The notes below the pieces were generated by a model that saw nothing but the letters and a program-made list of their open reading frames with translations, did no database searches and was not told the origin of the DNA. The position numbers and the translations under genes were made by a program. Shown piece after piece: positions 30,326 through 39,898 of a stretch of 64,000 nucleotides of DNA. Source of the DNA: Planctomycetota bacterium (GTDB lineage: Bacteria; Planctomycetota; UBA1135; UBA2386); the NCBI GenBank assembly GCA_965228735.1, contig OZ245838.1, positions 512,001 to 576,000 on the forward strand, in the 5' to 3' direction. How positions within the stretch are numbered: the first letter of the stretch is position 1; each line of letters starts with the position of its first letter.

Positions 30326-30483
30326 TAGCAGGCAGGTCGTCGACTTGTTTGTGGGCGTCGCTATCGGATAGGCTGGGCAATCTGCCGGGGCAGCCATAGC
30401 CGACGGGTTATGGACCTGGGTCACGACTCCCGAGCCCGCCCCGGCAGGCATTTGCTCTATCGGGAGTGTAACGGGAGTCTGAT

Positions 30484-31215
30484 ATGAGCAAGGCGGAGGC
30501 CGACTTGGTGTCGGTCGATGTGCTCGACGGCCTTGGCGGTCGAGACGCAGTTGTGGAGCGTTGGTCGCTCATCCAAGAAGCGCTGAGGGACCGCGCGCGT
30601 GATCACAGCGAACGCTGCCGGCAAGACTTCAACGCCCTGTTGAGGCAGCTTGCTGCTGGCCTCGTGCGAGACGTGGAGTACATCCTGCCGCGCAAGAGCC
30701 ACCCGGATCTATGGCGCGATGTCGAGCTGGGGGTGACCTGGAATCCTATCAACCACGTCGTTCAGTCCGGCCGGCACCTACTGTCTGAGAGTAATGCTCA
30801 CCGGGCAGAGCTTGATGCCGGCCGCATTCCCTTGTTTCTCGATCTCGCGGGGCGCGTGCTCGGTCACGTTCGCGTTGCCGGATCCGAAGCGCCTGCCGAT
30901 AAGACCGCCGAAGAGCTCGCCGGCGGGCTTACCGAGCGTCAGCGTCTAGGTCTGCTTATCTATCAGGAGCGTGGGCCACTAACTGACGCGGGGATAGCCA
31001 ATTGCCTGAAAGGGATGCGGGTCAGGACCTCGCACGATAACTGGTTCGACGAAGGGTCTTGCCGTGATTACATCCGGAGGCCGCTTCGCGATAAGCGTCT
31101 CGTTCGAAAAACGGAAGATATCGAGCGGTCTGGATGGGTCGTCACAAGCATCGGAGAGAGCGTTGCTTGCGTTGTCCGCAGTTGGGGGGTGACCTTAGGG
31201 GGTGACCCCCCATAA
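30484..31215 (+). CDS. Hypothetical protein with C-terminal winged-HTH-like region
   Basis: LTERQ...LTDAGIA...LRDKRLV...GWVVTSIG. Confidence 0.6.
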   Translation: MSKAEADLVSVDVLDGLGGRDAVVERWSLIQEALRDRARDHSERCRQDFNALLRQLAAGLVRDVEYILPRKSHPDLWRDVELGVTWNPINHVVQSGRHLLSESNAHRAELDAGRIPLFLDLAGRVLGHVRVAGSEAPADKTAEELAGGLTERQRLGLLIYQERGPLTDAGIANCLKGMRVRTSHDNWFDEGSCRDYIRRPLRDKRLVRKTEDIERSGWVVTSIGESVACVVRSWGVTLGGDPP

Positions 31216-31263
31216 GGGGGTTAACGGTAGGCCGAATTGACGTATTCGAGGGCATACAGAGCA

Positions 31264-31512
31264 ATGCCAGCGAATACGAAACACCAAGAACCACTTCTAA
31301 CGCTGCGGGAGGCCGCGGCCCTCAAATGGCTTCCTCGCCGCCGTCGCGGTAAGAGGCCGCAGGTCCCGACGTTGTGGCGTTGGATCAACCATGGTTGCTA
31401 TGGGGTGAAGCTCAGGGCGACGTCGGTTGGCGGAACCTTGTGCGTCACCGAGTCCGACTTGCGCGAGTTCTTCGCTGAACTGACCAGGCTTCGGCAGCAG
31501 GCGTCGGCATGA
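31264..31512 (+). CDS. DUF1580-type HTH protein (excisionase/AlpA-like)
   Basis: LLTLREAA..WLPRRR.GKRP..TLWRW...G..GVKL...VGG. Confidence 0.82.
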   Translation: MPANTKHQEPLLTLREAAALKWLPRRRRGKRPQVPTLWRWINHGCYGVKLRATSVGGTLCVTESDLREFFAELTRLRQQASA

Positions 31513-31676
31513 TTGCTCGACTCCCATGGTGGCTCGTCGAGCGTCGTTGGTGGATCCGGTCCCTCGCGATTGCCCGCCTCGATAGCCGTGACCCGCACGT
31601 GCGCGAGCACGCTCGGCAGTTCATCGCCGACCTCAACGACTACGAGCGCCTGCATCCGGTCCGGAGGCCAGCATGA
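31509..31676 (+). CDS. 55-aa hypothetical protein (below ORF-track cutoff)
   Basis: MIARLPWWLVERRWW...RRPA*; ATGA overlaps on both sides. Confidence 0.6.
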   Translation: MIARLPWWLVERRWWIRSLAIARLDSRDPHVREHARQFIADLNDYERLHPVRRPA

Positions 31677-31939
31677 AGCGGCACCCCGTGTTCACGCTGC
31701 TCGATCTGCTACCCGGTGCGGAGCAACGGAACCCCCAGGAGTGGCAGTCGTGCTGCCCGGTCGATGCTCACGACGGCCTGTCCGTACCGCTGACGGTTTT
31801 CGTCGATGACTACGGGCATGTCCAAGTGCATTGCCACGGCCACTGCGTCGACATGGCTGTGCTCGACGCTGTCGGGCTCACGTACGACGATCTCCGGCCG
31901 GACGACCTGGACGTTGATGTCGTCGAGGAGGGACTGTGA
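31673..31939 (+). CDS. Standalone primase-type zinc-finger protein
   Basis: CPVDAHDG...VHCHGHC...VLDAVGLTYDDL resembles the N-terminus of the next gene. Confidence 0.7.
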   Translation: MKRHPVFTLLDLLPGAEQRNPQEWQSCCPVDAHDGLSVPLTVFVDDYGHVQVHCHGHCVDMAVLDAVGLTYDDLRPDDLDVDVVEEGL

Positions 31940-33930
31940 CGCCGTCTGTCGCCTCTGTGGGCACGTCGCCCATCGAGCGGGTGTTGGCCCGGCTCGACCC
32001 GCAGCACCTGCGTGAGAGCCGTGGGGAGTACTCGGCGCGGTGCCCTGCGCATCCCGACCGCAATCCGAGTCTGACCATTCGCGAGGGCGACGATGGCCGT
32101 GCGCTGTTGTGCTGCCATTCGGGATGCTCCGTGGAGGACGTCGTTGCCGCCCTCGATCTGACGATGGCTGACCTTGCGCCGCCGAGTAGCAACGGCGTCG
32201 CGCCCATCAGCAAGCCGCGCCCGGTGCCGCAGCGGCCGACGAGGACGTTCGCGAGCGTCGAAGACATCGTCAAGGTCGCCACGAAGCGCGGCGAGACGCT
32301 GGTCGCGGCGTTCGTGTATCGGGATGCCGACGGTGATGACGTCGGCGCTGTCCTGCGCTTCTCGACGAACGACGGCAAGAGGATCACACAGACGCGGTGC
32401 GTGGACGGCCGCTGGTCGTTCGGTGGGCTACCGCGTCCTGCGCCGCTGTTCAGGCTTCCCGAGCTCCTCGAAGCCGAGGCCGACGAGCCCGTCGTGCTCC
32501 TTGAGGGCGAGCAGAAGGCCGATCTCGCAGCCTCGCTCGGGTTCGTGGCGACCTCGTGCTCTGGCGGCGCGGGCAAGGGCAATCTGACGGCCCTGGAGCC
32601 GCTTGCCGGCCGGGACGTCGTCCTGCTCGCCGACCACGACGACGCGGGCCGTGCTCACGTTGAGGATCTCGCGGAGCGACTGCGGCGGATCAAGGCGTGC
32701 TCGGTCCTGCTGGCGACGTTGCCCGACCTCGGCCCGAAGGAGGACATCGTCGACTACGTCGAGCGACGGCGGGCGTCCGGTTGGGATGACGAGCGGATCC
32801 GGCAGGAGATCGCAGGTGTGGTCGCGATGGCCGACGAGATGCCGGAGGAGAAAGAGCCGGACTCGGAGACCCCTGCGGCGACGGCCGACTCAGAGACTCC
32901 TGCGGAGTCGGCGGAGTCGGTAGCGCAGGTGCGGACGTTGGCCGACATCGAGCCCCGAGAGATCCGGTGGCTGTGGCCGGGTCGCATCGCCCGCGGCCGG
33001 ATCACGCTGCTCGTCGGAGTCCCGGGCGCGGGGAAGTCGTTCATGATGGCGGACGTCGCGGCTCGATTGTCTGCTGGTCGCCAGTGGCCCGACGGAGGTG
33101 CATGCGAACGCGGCAACGTGCTCCTGATCTCGGCCGAGGACGATCCCGCTGACACGATCCGGCCGCGGTTGGATGCCAACGGTGCCGACGTGCGCCGCGT
33201 GCAGTTGCTGACGATGGTCAAGCGTGGCGCAGCGTCGAAGCGGCGGGAGATCCCGTTCACGCTCGAAGACGTCGACGCGCTGGAGGAGACCCTCGTGAGG
33301 TTCCCCGGTACCAAGCTGATCGTCATTGACCCGATCGGCTCGTTCCTCGGCGGTCAGACCGACGCGCATCGAGACAACGGCGTCAGAGCCGTCTTGGCGC
33401 CTGTCGCAGCCTTGGCTGAGAAGTATGACGTCGCTGTCCTCGTGGTCTGCCACAAGCGAAAGGGCGTCGCGGGCAACGCAGATGAGACCGCGATGGGCAG
33501 CGTCGGGTTCGTCGGGCTCGCACGTCAGGTCTGGCACCTGTCCGCCGACACGAAGAATGCGGACCGCAGGCTGTTGCTGCCGGGGAAGTCGAACCTCGCC
33601 AAGCGCGCGGAGGGGCTGGCGTTCACGATCGCCGGCAACCCCGCGGCCGTGCAGTGGGAGTCGCAGCCGGTCGCGATGACCGCGGACGAGGCGCTGGCCG
33701 AGGAGCGCTCAGCGCAGAGTCGCCGTGGCCCAGATCGGCAGGCTCGTGAGCAAGCGGCGTCGTGGTTGGAGCAGTACCTCGACGGCCGGTGGCGCAGCGT
33801 CGCCGAGGTGAAGAACGCAGCCGAGTCCGAGGGTCATAGCTTCCGGACTGTCGAACGCGCCAAGAAGGATCTCGGGGTTCGGTCTCGCCGTAGATTCGAT
33901 GGCGGACGTGAGTGGGGGATGTCCGAATGA
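31936..33930 (+). CDS. Primase-helicase (Zn finger, TOPRIM, RepA/AAA_25-type ATPase)
   Basis: CPAHPD...CHSGC; EGE, DHDDAG; GVPGAGKS, AEDD, IVIDP, KSN. Confidence 0.92.
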   Translation: MTPSVASVGTSPIERVLARLDPQHLRESRGEYSARCPAHPDRNPSLTIREGDDGRALLCCHSGCSVEDVVAALDLTMADLAPPSSNGVAPISKPRPVPQRPTRTFASVEDIVKVATKRGETLVAAFVYRDADGDDVGAVLRFSTNDGKRITQTRCVDGRWSFGGLPRPAPLFRLPELLEAEADEPVVLLEGEQKADLAASLGFVATSCSGGAGKGNLTALEPLAGRDVVLLADHDDAGRAHVEDLAERLRRIKACSVLLATLPDLGPKEDIVDYVERRRASGWDDERIRQEIAGVVAMADEMPEEKEPDSETPAATADSETPAESAESVAQVRTLADIEPREIRWLWPGRIARGRITLLVGVPGAGKSFMMADVAARLSAGRQWPDGGACERGNVLLISAEDDPADTIRPRLDANGADVRRVQLLTMVKRGAASKRREIPFTLEDVDALEETLVRFPGTKLIVIDPIGSFLGGQTDAHRDNGVRAVLAPVAALAEKYDVAVLVVCHKRKGVAGNADETAMGSVGFVGLARQVWHLSADTKNADRRLLLPGKSNLAKRAEGLAFTIAGNPAAVQWESQPVAMTADEALAEERSAQSRRGPDRQAREQAASWLEQYLDGRWRSVAEVKNAAESEGHSFRTVERAKKDLGVRSRRRFDGGREWGMSE

Positions 33931-33935
33931 CCTAC

Positions 33936-34237
33936 CCGCCAAGTTACTCGCCAAGGCCAAACAACTTGGCGGGGTGGCGGATGGCCGATATCGGCCTCCA
34001 TTTGGCTATCCGCCACGTTATTGGCCAAAAACAACTTGGCGGGAAGCGATTGGAGCCCCCTGGCAGGCTCTATTTGCCTATCCGCCACGTTTCAGGGTCA
34101 AAACAACTTGGCGGGAAGGGAATAGACCTCGGTATCGGGCTCTATTCGGCAATCCGCCACTCCGCCAAGTTAATTGAGTTGGGAGAAACGTGGCGGGTGA
34201 CCCCCGGCACACGGGTTTTCCACAGCGGCTTTCCACA
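33936..34237. repeat. Putative replication origin: inverted iteron pairs plus DnaA-like boxes
   Basis: CCGCCAMGTT at 33936, 34010, 34082, 34162, each followed by its inverse (33963, 34033, 34105, 34187); TTTTCCACA at 34216. Confidence 0.8.
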
Positions 34238-34331
34238 TTCGCACGCGGCGTCGGCTTCGGTCCATCGCCTCGCTGCGGCCATGGTTTCGGTTACGTCGAA
34301 GCGTAACTATGTCACGAACGGAGGATGATTG

Positions 34332-35510
34332 ATGCTACTTGACCCCCTGTTGGGCACGGCCGCGCTGGGGTTCGGCGCGTCCGAGCTCTACAACGAGCTA
34401 GAAGGCGGCGGCGGTGACTACTGGTTCCCTGAGCTCGAAGATACGGGCTCGCCGTATGAGGAAGGCGCACCTGGATGGGACGCCGACGGCATGCCGATTG
34501 GTCGGATGCCCCGTGGCGAGAACGCCTTGCTCTGGCAGTACGAGGCCAACCGCCGCGCGCGCACCCGCCGACAGGCGCTCTGGAACGACGCCACCGGTGC
34601 GCTCGACCAAGGCGCCAACCTGCTTCAGAGCTACCGTCCTGGTGGCTCCGCTGCGCTCGCCAGTGGCATCCATCGCCAGAAGGCGCAGATGTTCGGCACG
34701 CAGGCGCTGAACTACAGCGCACCTGACCTGCTGATCGGTTACCGCGAGGAGCAGCGCCAGATCGCGTTGAAGAAGAACGAGGACGCACTGCGCGACGCGA
34801 CGATGCTCGCTGCGTTCAAGCCGCTGTCCGGTGGGCTGTCGGCCTTGCCGCAGCAAGACCAAGGTAGTCCGGCTGCCGGCGCCGTCGACACCGCGGGAGG
34901 CGGCCCCGCGCCGGGCGGCGGCGGTGGTCCTGGATCAGTCCCGGGTGGTGGGGCTGGTGCAGGCGCATCGGCGCAGTTGGGGCCAGCGGCGAGTCAGCCC
35001 GCTGCGCTTGGTGGTGGCGCTGCCACCGCTGGGCAGGCTGCTGGCGGTACAGCGGCACCCGCCGCGATCGGCGGCGGTAGTGCTCTCGGCGCAGGTGGTG
35101 CGGTAGGTGCCGCGCTCGGTGCTGTCACGGGCGGCGTCGGTGCAGCCGCGGGTGCGGCAGGAGGCGCCGCAGCTGGCGGAGCAGCCGGCGGAGCGGCCGC
35201 GGGAACGGCGGCGGGCGCCGCGGCTGGCACTGCCGCTGGTGGTGCTGCCGTTGGCGGTGCCGCGGCCGGTGGCGTCGGCACGGGGGCGGGCATCGGTGCT
35301 GGCAGTGCGCAAGCTGCTGCGGCTCAGGTTGGCTCGCAGTCCGCGGTGCGGTCGTTCGCCCAGGACGCTGCGCGCAACGCGAGCGTGAAGATCATGGAGC
35401 GGTCCGCGATGCAGCGTCTCGAAGAGGCTGCGTGGCTTGAGAACGCCGACCGTCTCGAAGCACTACGACGTGAACAAGGCGGCCGAGTGATGCTGCCGAG
35501 GGGGCGATAA
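34332..35510 (+). CDS. Gly/Ala-rich hypothetical protein (possible virion ejection/pilot protein)
   Basis: RBS GGAGG; helical N-half, long G/A tract. Confidence 0.65.
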   Translation: MLLDPLLGTAALGFGASELYNELEGGGGDYWFPELEDTGSPYEEGAPGWDADGMPIGRMPRGENALLWQYEANRRARTRRQALWNDATGALDQGANLLQSYRPGGSAALASGIHRQKAQMFGTQALNYSAPDLLIGYREEQRQIALKKNEDALRDATMLAAFKPLSGGLSALPQQDQGSPAAGAVDTAGGGPAPGGGGGPGSVPGGGAGAGASAQLGPAASQPAALGGGAATAGQAAGGTAAPAAIGGGSALGAGGAVGAALGAVTGGVGAAAGAAGGAAAGGAAGGAAAGTAAGAAAGTAAGGAAVGGAAAGGVGTGAGIGAGSAQAAAAQVGSQSAVRSFAQDAARNASVKIMERSAMQRLEEAAWLENADRLEALRREQGGRVMLPRGR

Positions 35511-35513
35511 GCC

Positions 35514-36503
35514 ATGCAAGACGACATCGCATTGAGATCTCAGCAGTACGCCTTGCAGGCGGACTCCACTCGCATTCCCTACGACATGGCCAAGGCACGC
35601 GCGGCAAGCGAAGCCGGCGGCGCCGTCGGCATGGGCATTGGCCGGACGTTCGATCGCATGCAACGCCAGAGCATGTTCGATGCTCGGCGTGCGATGGGCG
35701 AACAGTCACTGGCTCTGGATCGAGCCCGCGTCGTCTCCGAACTGGAGAGCGATCGGCTGCGGCAACAGCAGGCGCAGGAGAACCTCCAATGGGCCCGAGC
35801 GCTGCACTCGACCGACATGGTCCGCTACCAGAAGGACATGGTGAAGGCCGACAGAGACCTTCACGTCGCCCGTGCGCAGAAGGAGATGATGGAGCTCCAC
35901 AGCACGGACGCGGACCTCGGCGACGTCAACTCGTACGAGGAGATGATGGCGATCCGTGCGCAGGGCCTCACGGCCAAGATGGTCGGAGGCCGGCTGCGAA
36001 TCGAGCCGCTTGGCGACCCGAAAGCGCAGGCTGAGGCGAAGCAGGCGTTGGGGTTGTTGCGCAGCCGGATGGCAGGTCGCAGTGGCGATCTCGGGCAGCA
36101 ACTGCGCTACGTGAACCAGTCGATCCTCGACATGGTCGACGCTGGCCAGGACTCCGTGCCGACGGGCGAGAAGGACGAGAAGGGACTCGATATCCACGAG
36201 CCGAGTCCGACGTTCCAACGGCTCCAGAAGCTGCGTGACGCCCTCACGGAGCGCTACACGCAGGGGCTTCAGGGTGGCAAGCCTGGGCCGTCGACCGCTG
36301 GTAGCGACAACCAGGGAGTCGACAGAGATGGCGATGCGCCGAACCCGGCGGCTGACGACAACCAAGTTGATCTCGGCAAGGCTGGCGGTGTCCGCAACTT
36401 CGATCAGGCTTGGAAGGACGCCGTTCCCGATGCCGAGAAGCTCGCATCCGAGTTGATCAGCGAGGACGTCATGTCTGCCGCGGGCGCGGGGTACGGCAAG
36501 TGA
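35514..36503 (+). CDS. Gln/Ala/Met-rich coiled-coil hypothetical protein (possible ejection protein)
   Basis: Starts just after the previous stop; Q/R/A-rich helices. Confidence 0.65.
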   Translation: MQDDIALRSQQYALQADSTRIPYDMAKARAASEAGGAVGMGIGRTFDRMQRQSMFDARRAMGEQSLALDRARVVSELESDRLRQQQAQENLQWARALHSTDMVRYQKDMVKADRDLHVARAQKEMMELHSTDADLGDVNSYEEMMAIRAQGLTAKMVGGRLRIEPLGDPKAQAEAKQALGLLRSRMAGRSGDLGQQLRYVNQSILDMVDAGQDSVPTGEKDEKGLDIHEPSPTFQRLQKLRDALTERYTQGLQGGKPGPSTAGSDNQGVDRDGDAPNPAADDNQVDLGKAGGVRNFDQAWKDAVPDAEKLASELISEDVMSAAGAGYGK

Positions 36504-36727
36504 CCGAACTCACCCCACCCGGTGAACGAACCCGAGCCCTCGTGTTGGAGATCGAGGGATTCCTCGAAGAGTGGGCAAGAGAGCCCGCGGACCGTGTTCA
36601 TCTCGGCCGTGGGCATGACGCAGCGACTGCGATCGTCTTCGCCTGCACGAAGCACCCGAGGCTCGGCCCCATGCTGCACGACTACATCGCGGACGGTGTC
36701 GTCCCGGCCGGGGGCAAAGAGGCGTGA
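36500..36727 (+). CDS. Small hypothetical protein
   Basis: GTGA overlap with the upstream gene; RBS GAGG for the next gene at its end. Confidence 0.5.
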   Translation: MTELTPPGERTRALVLEIEGFLEEWAREPADRVHLGRGHDAATAIVFACTKHPRLGPMLHDYIADGVVPAGGKEA

Positions 36728-37092
36728 TGGAGGAGCCAACGTACATCTGGTGTCCGACCACGTTCGCGCAGCTGCGTCTCGGCCTTGAGGTTCGACTACG
36801 TCCCTCGATGGGGGCGGACGTGTCGTTGAAGGGTGAGCCAGCGAAGCGACTGCGTGCTCTAACCGAGGCGTTCGAGCACTTCATGCAGTTGCCGGTCATC
36901 ACCCCGGACGGTCGCGAGCACCACGACATCGTGTCGGCCGATGACGCCTACCTGTGGACCCTCGAACTGATCGGTGAGTTCGTCTCTACCGGTCGTCGCA
37001 GTCTGCCGTTCCTGCGCCGCTACCTGTTCGACGACGGCGTCGGTCTCGCCGAAGCGTTTGAGAAGATCGACGGTCCGTGGCATAGCTGGTAG
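36724..37092 (+). CDS. Hypothetical protein
   Basis: Coupled 122-aa ORF. Confidence 0.55.
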   Translation: MMEEPTYIWCPTTFAQLRLGLEVRLRPSMGADVSLKGEPAKRLRALTEAFEHFMQLPVITPDGREHHDIVSADDAYLWTLELIGEFVSTGRRSLPFLRRYLFDDGVGLAEAFEKIDGPWHSW

Positions 37093-37242
37093 TGCGCACG
37101 GAGGGCATTGGTCCATCGGTAGAGCCTCCGTGAAGCGGATTGGCTTGCTCGTCGCCGCTTGATCACCCACGATCGGACGCATCGCAAGGGCCAGTGCCGT
37201 CGGAGAGCATGCCCCGCCCTCGCGACCCAATCGTACCCTCTT

Positions 37243-37884
37243 ATGCGACGCGCCACTCTCCTCGCCGGTCTTCTAGTCTTTCACGGTTGCGTTGCCGCGA
37301 ACGCGGTCCAGGGATGGGTCAACTCGTCCCGCATTGGTTCGCTCCAGCGCCGGATGGCGATCAATGTCTGGCGATCTGAGGAGGAGGTCGCGAAGGCGAC
37401 GGTGACGATCACGAGCAACGCGAAGGCGACTGCGGCGATAACTAGGAACAGGAGCTCTCGGCCCCTACGACTTGGATTCGCCGCCCCTGCGTGGAGTAAC
37501 GGCGGAATCGCAGTTCGGCTAGCGTGGATGTCGGAGCGGGCAGGCAACAGGATCGTGGACACCGGAGGTAAGCCCCTGCCCGAGGACGAGACGTTGCCTG
37601 AGCTTCAGGTCGGAGCGTATTCGGAGACGGGGCTCCAGCTTTCGGTGTCGTTCGATGGACAGACTCTGCCGCTGCTCGCCGACGAACTCCAGCGCGACGA
37701 TGGCTGGAGCAGGGCCCCGTTGACGTTCGCGCAAATGGAAGCCATGCGCAGCGGCCCGGTGCTCGTCGAGGTCGCCTGCGAGGTTGGTGAATGGAAGTTC
37801 CGCCTGCCGCCGTCGTACATGCGGGGATTTGAGGCTGCGCTTGCGCGGAATCGGCTGGAACTACCGGGAAGTGCCAGTCGGTAG
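37243..37884 (+). CDS. Putative lipoprotein, hypothetical
   Basis: MRRATLLAGLLVFHGC signal/lipobox. Confidence 0.55.
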   Translation: MRRATLLAGLLVFHGCVAANAVQGWVNSSRIGSLQRRMAINVWRSEEEVAKATVTITSNAKATAAITRNRSSRPLRLGFAAPAWSNGGIAVRLAWMSERAGNRIVDTGGKPLPEDETLPELQVGAYSETGLQLSVSFDGQTLPLLADELQRDDGWSRAPLTFAQMEAMRSGPVLVEVACEVGEWKFRLPPSYMRGFEAALARNRLELPGSASR

Positions 37885-38004
37885 TCCCGGATGGAGCCGG
37901 ACTCCGTTCGGCTCCCCCGGGGGTTGGAGTGACGGGCTTGTGTAGCGACGCGGGATCGCTCACGATCGGAACTCGACGCCACTCTGGCGCTGAAGGAGCC
38001 GCCC

Positions 38005-39183
38005 ATGCAGAAGACTCTCGTCCCGTTCCTGTTGTGCCTATCGGTGTCCCCCGCGGTCGGGGCGCAGGCAGGGCAGCTCATCGGTGCGCGAATCGATGCG
38101 ACTACCGCGATCCGCGGTGCGCTGGGATTCGGCGGCGCCGATGACTTCGCAGGCGTGTGTCGCGATAACGCCGGCAACTACTGGACGTCGTGCCGCAGCA
38201 ACGGCCAGAGGTTTCTGATCCGGCTCGACCCAACGGGCGCCTTCAGTGGGTTCATCACGACAGCGATCGGCATGAACGACCTTGTTCGCGATTTCGCCTT
38301 CGACTCCGCGAACGGGCATCTTTGGGTCGCCTATCGCTTCTCCGGTTCGAATGCGTCCACCGCTCGCGTCTACGATGTAGGCACCGGGGCATTACTCGGC
38401 GATGTCAACCAGTCGTTTCCGGGTGGGGCTGGAGGGATTGCCTGGGACGGCGCGAACCTCATCCGCGTAGCGGGTACGGCGCAGTCCTATTCAACAGCAA
38501 CGCGACAAGGCACCACCGCAGCGAGCGGAATCCCGTACGCCTATCGCGGGCTCCTCTACGATCCGACCGCCGACAAGTACTGGGGCGGCCAGAACAGCGC
38601 CGCAGACCCGATGAGCGTGACTGCGGAGAAGCTTGAGGAGTTGCCAGCGGCGGTGACCTTGCCCCCTCACCTCGAAGGGATCTCCATCGGGAGTCGCGCT
38701 GGCGGACGCTTCGCCGGCTGCGAGCAATGGTTCGACCCGGCCTTGAGCGAATGGGTTGGAGTGTTCGCACAGCGCGGCGACAACGATGCGTTCATGCTCT
38801 ACACGGCGCACCTTAGTCGCCCGACAGGTCCCGGTTGTGGCGGCCCCATGTTCACGAATGGCCCGGCGATCGTGCAGACGCAGGTCTACAGCAGCGCGTC
38901 GAACGCACAGAGCCTCGCGTGGCTGCTCATCTCACTGGCGCCAGGAGCCGTGACCGATCCCTTACTAGCGCCGGGCTGCGTTGCGCACCTCGATCCGCTC
39001 GCGGTCATCGCGCTCGGGCCGCTGTTTCCAAGCGCTAGCGGCAATGTCGACGCGGCGACGACCATTCCGGTCAGTGCCTCGTTCCAAGAGCTGCCGCTCT
39101 GGTTCCAGTGGGGGACCATCGCGTCGATCGCGAATACTGCGACGCTCGGCGAGGCTCGCTGCACCGTCATCAAGCAGTTCTAG
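38005..39183 (+). CDS. Secreted beta-propeller-like hypothetical protein
   Basis: RBS AAGGAG, signal peptide, GIAWDG/AFDS repeats, recurring C-terminal domain. Confidence 0.72.
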   Translation: MQKTLVPFLLCLSVSPAVGAQAGQLIGARIDATTAIRGALGFGGADDFAGVCRDNAGNYWTSCRSNGQRFLIRLDPTGAFSGFITTAIGMNDLVRDFAFDSANGHLWVAYRFSGSNASTARVYDVGTGALLGDVNQSFPGGAGGIAWDGANLIRVAGTAQSYSTATRQGTTAASGIPYAYRGLLYDPTADKYWGGQNSAADPMSVTAEKLEELPAAVTLPPHLEGISIGSRAGGRFAGCEQWFDPALSEWVGVFAQRGDNDAFMLYTAHLSRPTGPGCGGPMFTNGPAIVQTQVYSSASNAQSLAWLLISLAPGAVTDPLLAPGCVAHLDPLAVIALGPLFPSASGNVDAATTIPVSASFQELPLWFQWGTIASIANTATLGEARCTVIKQF

Positions 39184-39197
39184 GGGCATATTGACCG

Positions 39198-39806
39198 ATG
39201 GTCGATGATCGCCAGAAGGGCCGCGAAGCGGTCCACGAGTTCCGTCGGCACCATGAGGGAGTGAACCGGAGCCTCAAGCTGCTGAGTGCGGCCGCGCTGC
39301 ACTTTCAGGACACCTGTACCGAGGACTCTCGATCGTTGATATCGTCCTTGATCTCCCGATCTTCGTCGAACTGGGGGGAAGCGAATCTGAGTGTGGGAGC
39401 CGTCCCCGATGCTCTCCGTTTCGCGGCCACGAGTGGGCTAGTCGCGGTGCTGTCTGCGTTCGAAGACCTTGGAGATAAGCTTGAGCAAGCGAACCTGATC
39501 GTTGTCCCGAGCAAAGAAGAGGCGGACGGCACGAAAGCCGGTCGAGTGGCTTTTGCGATTTCCCAGGCTGCGGGTCACGGTGCCGCAGAATCCGTGCTGA
39601 TCAACTACTTCGGTCGAGTGCGTAACCGAATTGCGCACCCTGGAACCAGCCTGACCCCGGGGCCTGCCGAGCGACTCGCTCACAAGAAGCTATCGAGCAC
39701 CAAGACGCGGCCGAGCTTGCCGGTCATGCCCGGCGGGATGGCCTGCGACCAGACGTTGCTGGCAAGTTCGCTTTGCCTGTGCATCGCTGTTCGACTCGTG
39801 GAGTGA
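39198..39806 (+). CDS. Putative HEPN-domain protein
   Basis: LSAFE...RNRIAH Rx4H motif. Confidence 0.5.
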   Translation: MVDDRQKGREAVHEFRRHHEGVNRSLKLLSAAALHFQDTCTEDSRSLISSLISRSSSNWGEANLSVGAVPDALRFAATSGLVAVLSAFEDLGDKLEQANLIVVPSKEEADGTKAGRVAFAISQAAGHGAAESVLINYFGRVRNRIAHPGTSLTPGPAERLAHKKLSSTKTRPSLPVMPGGMACDQTLLASSLCLCIAVRLVE

Positions 39807-39898
39807 AGGTCGGAAAGGAAGAGGAGGGGGATCCGGAGTTATGTCCAAGGAGTCCCACCAATCCGTTCGGCTCCCCCCGGGGTTGGGGGTGGGTGGGG

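Noticed and set aside
33936..34197. CRISPR array
   Set aside because: Short repeats alternate in orientation, intervening sequences resemble each other, and no cas genes are present; fits iterons
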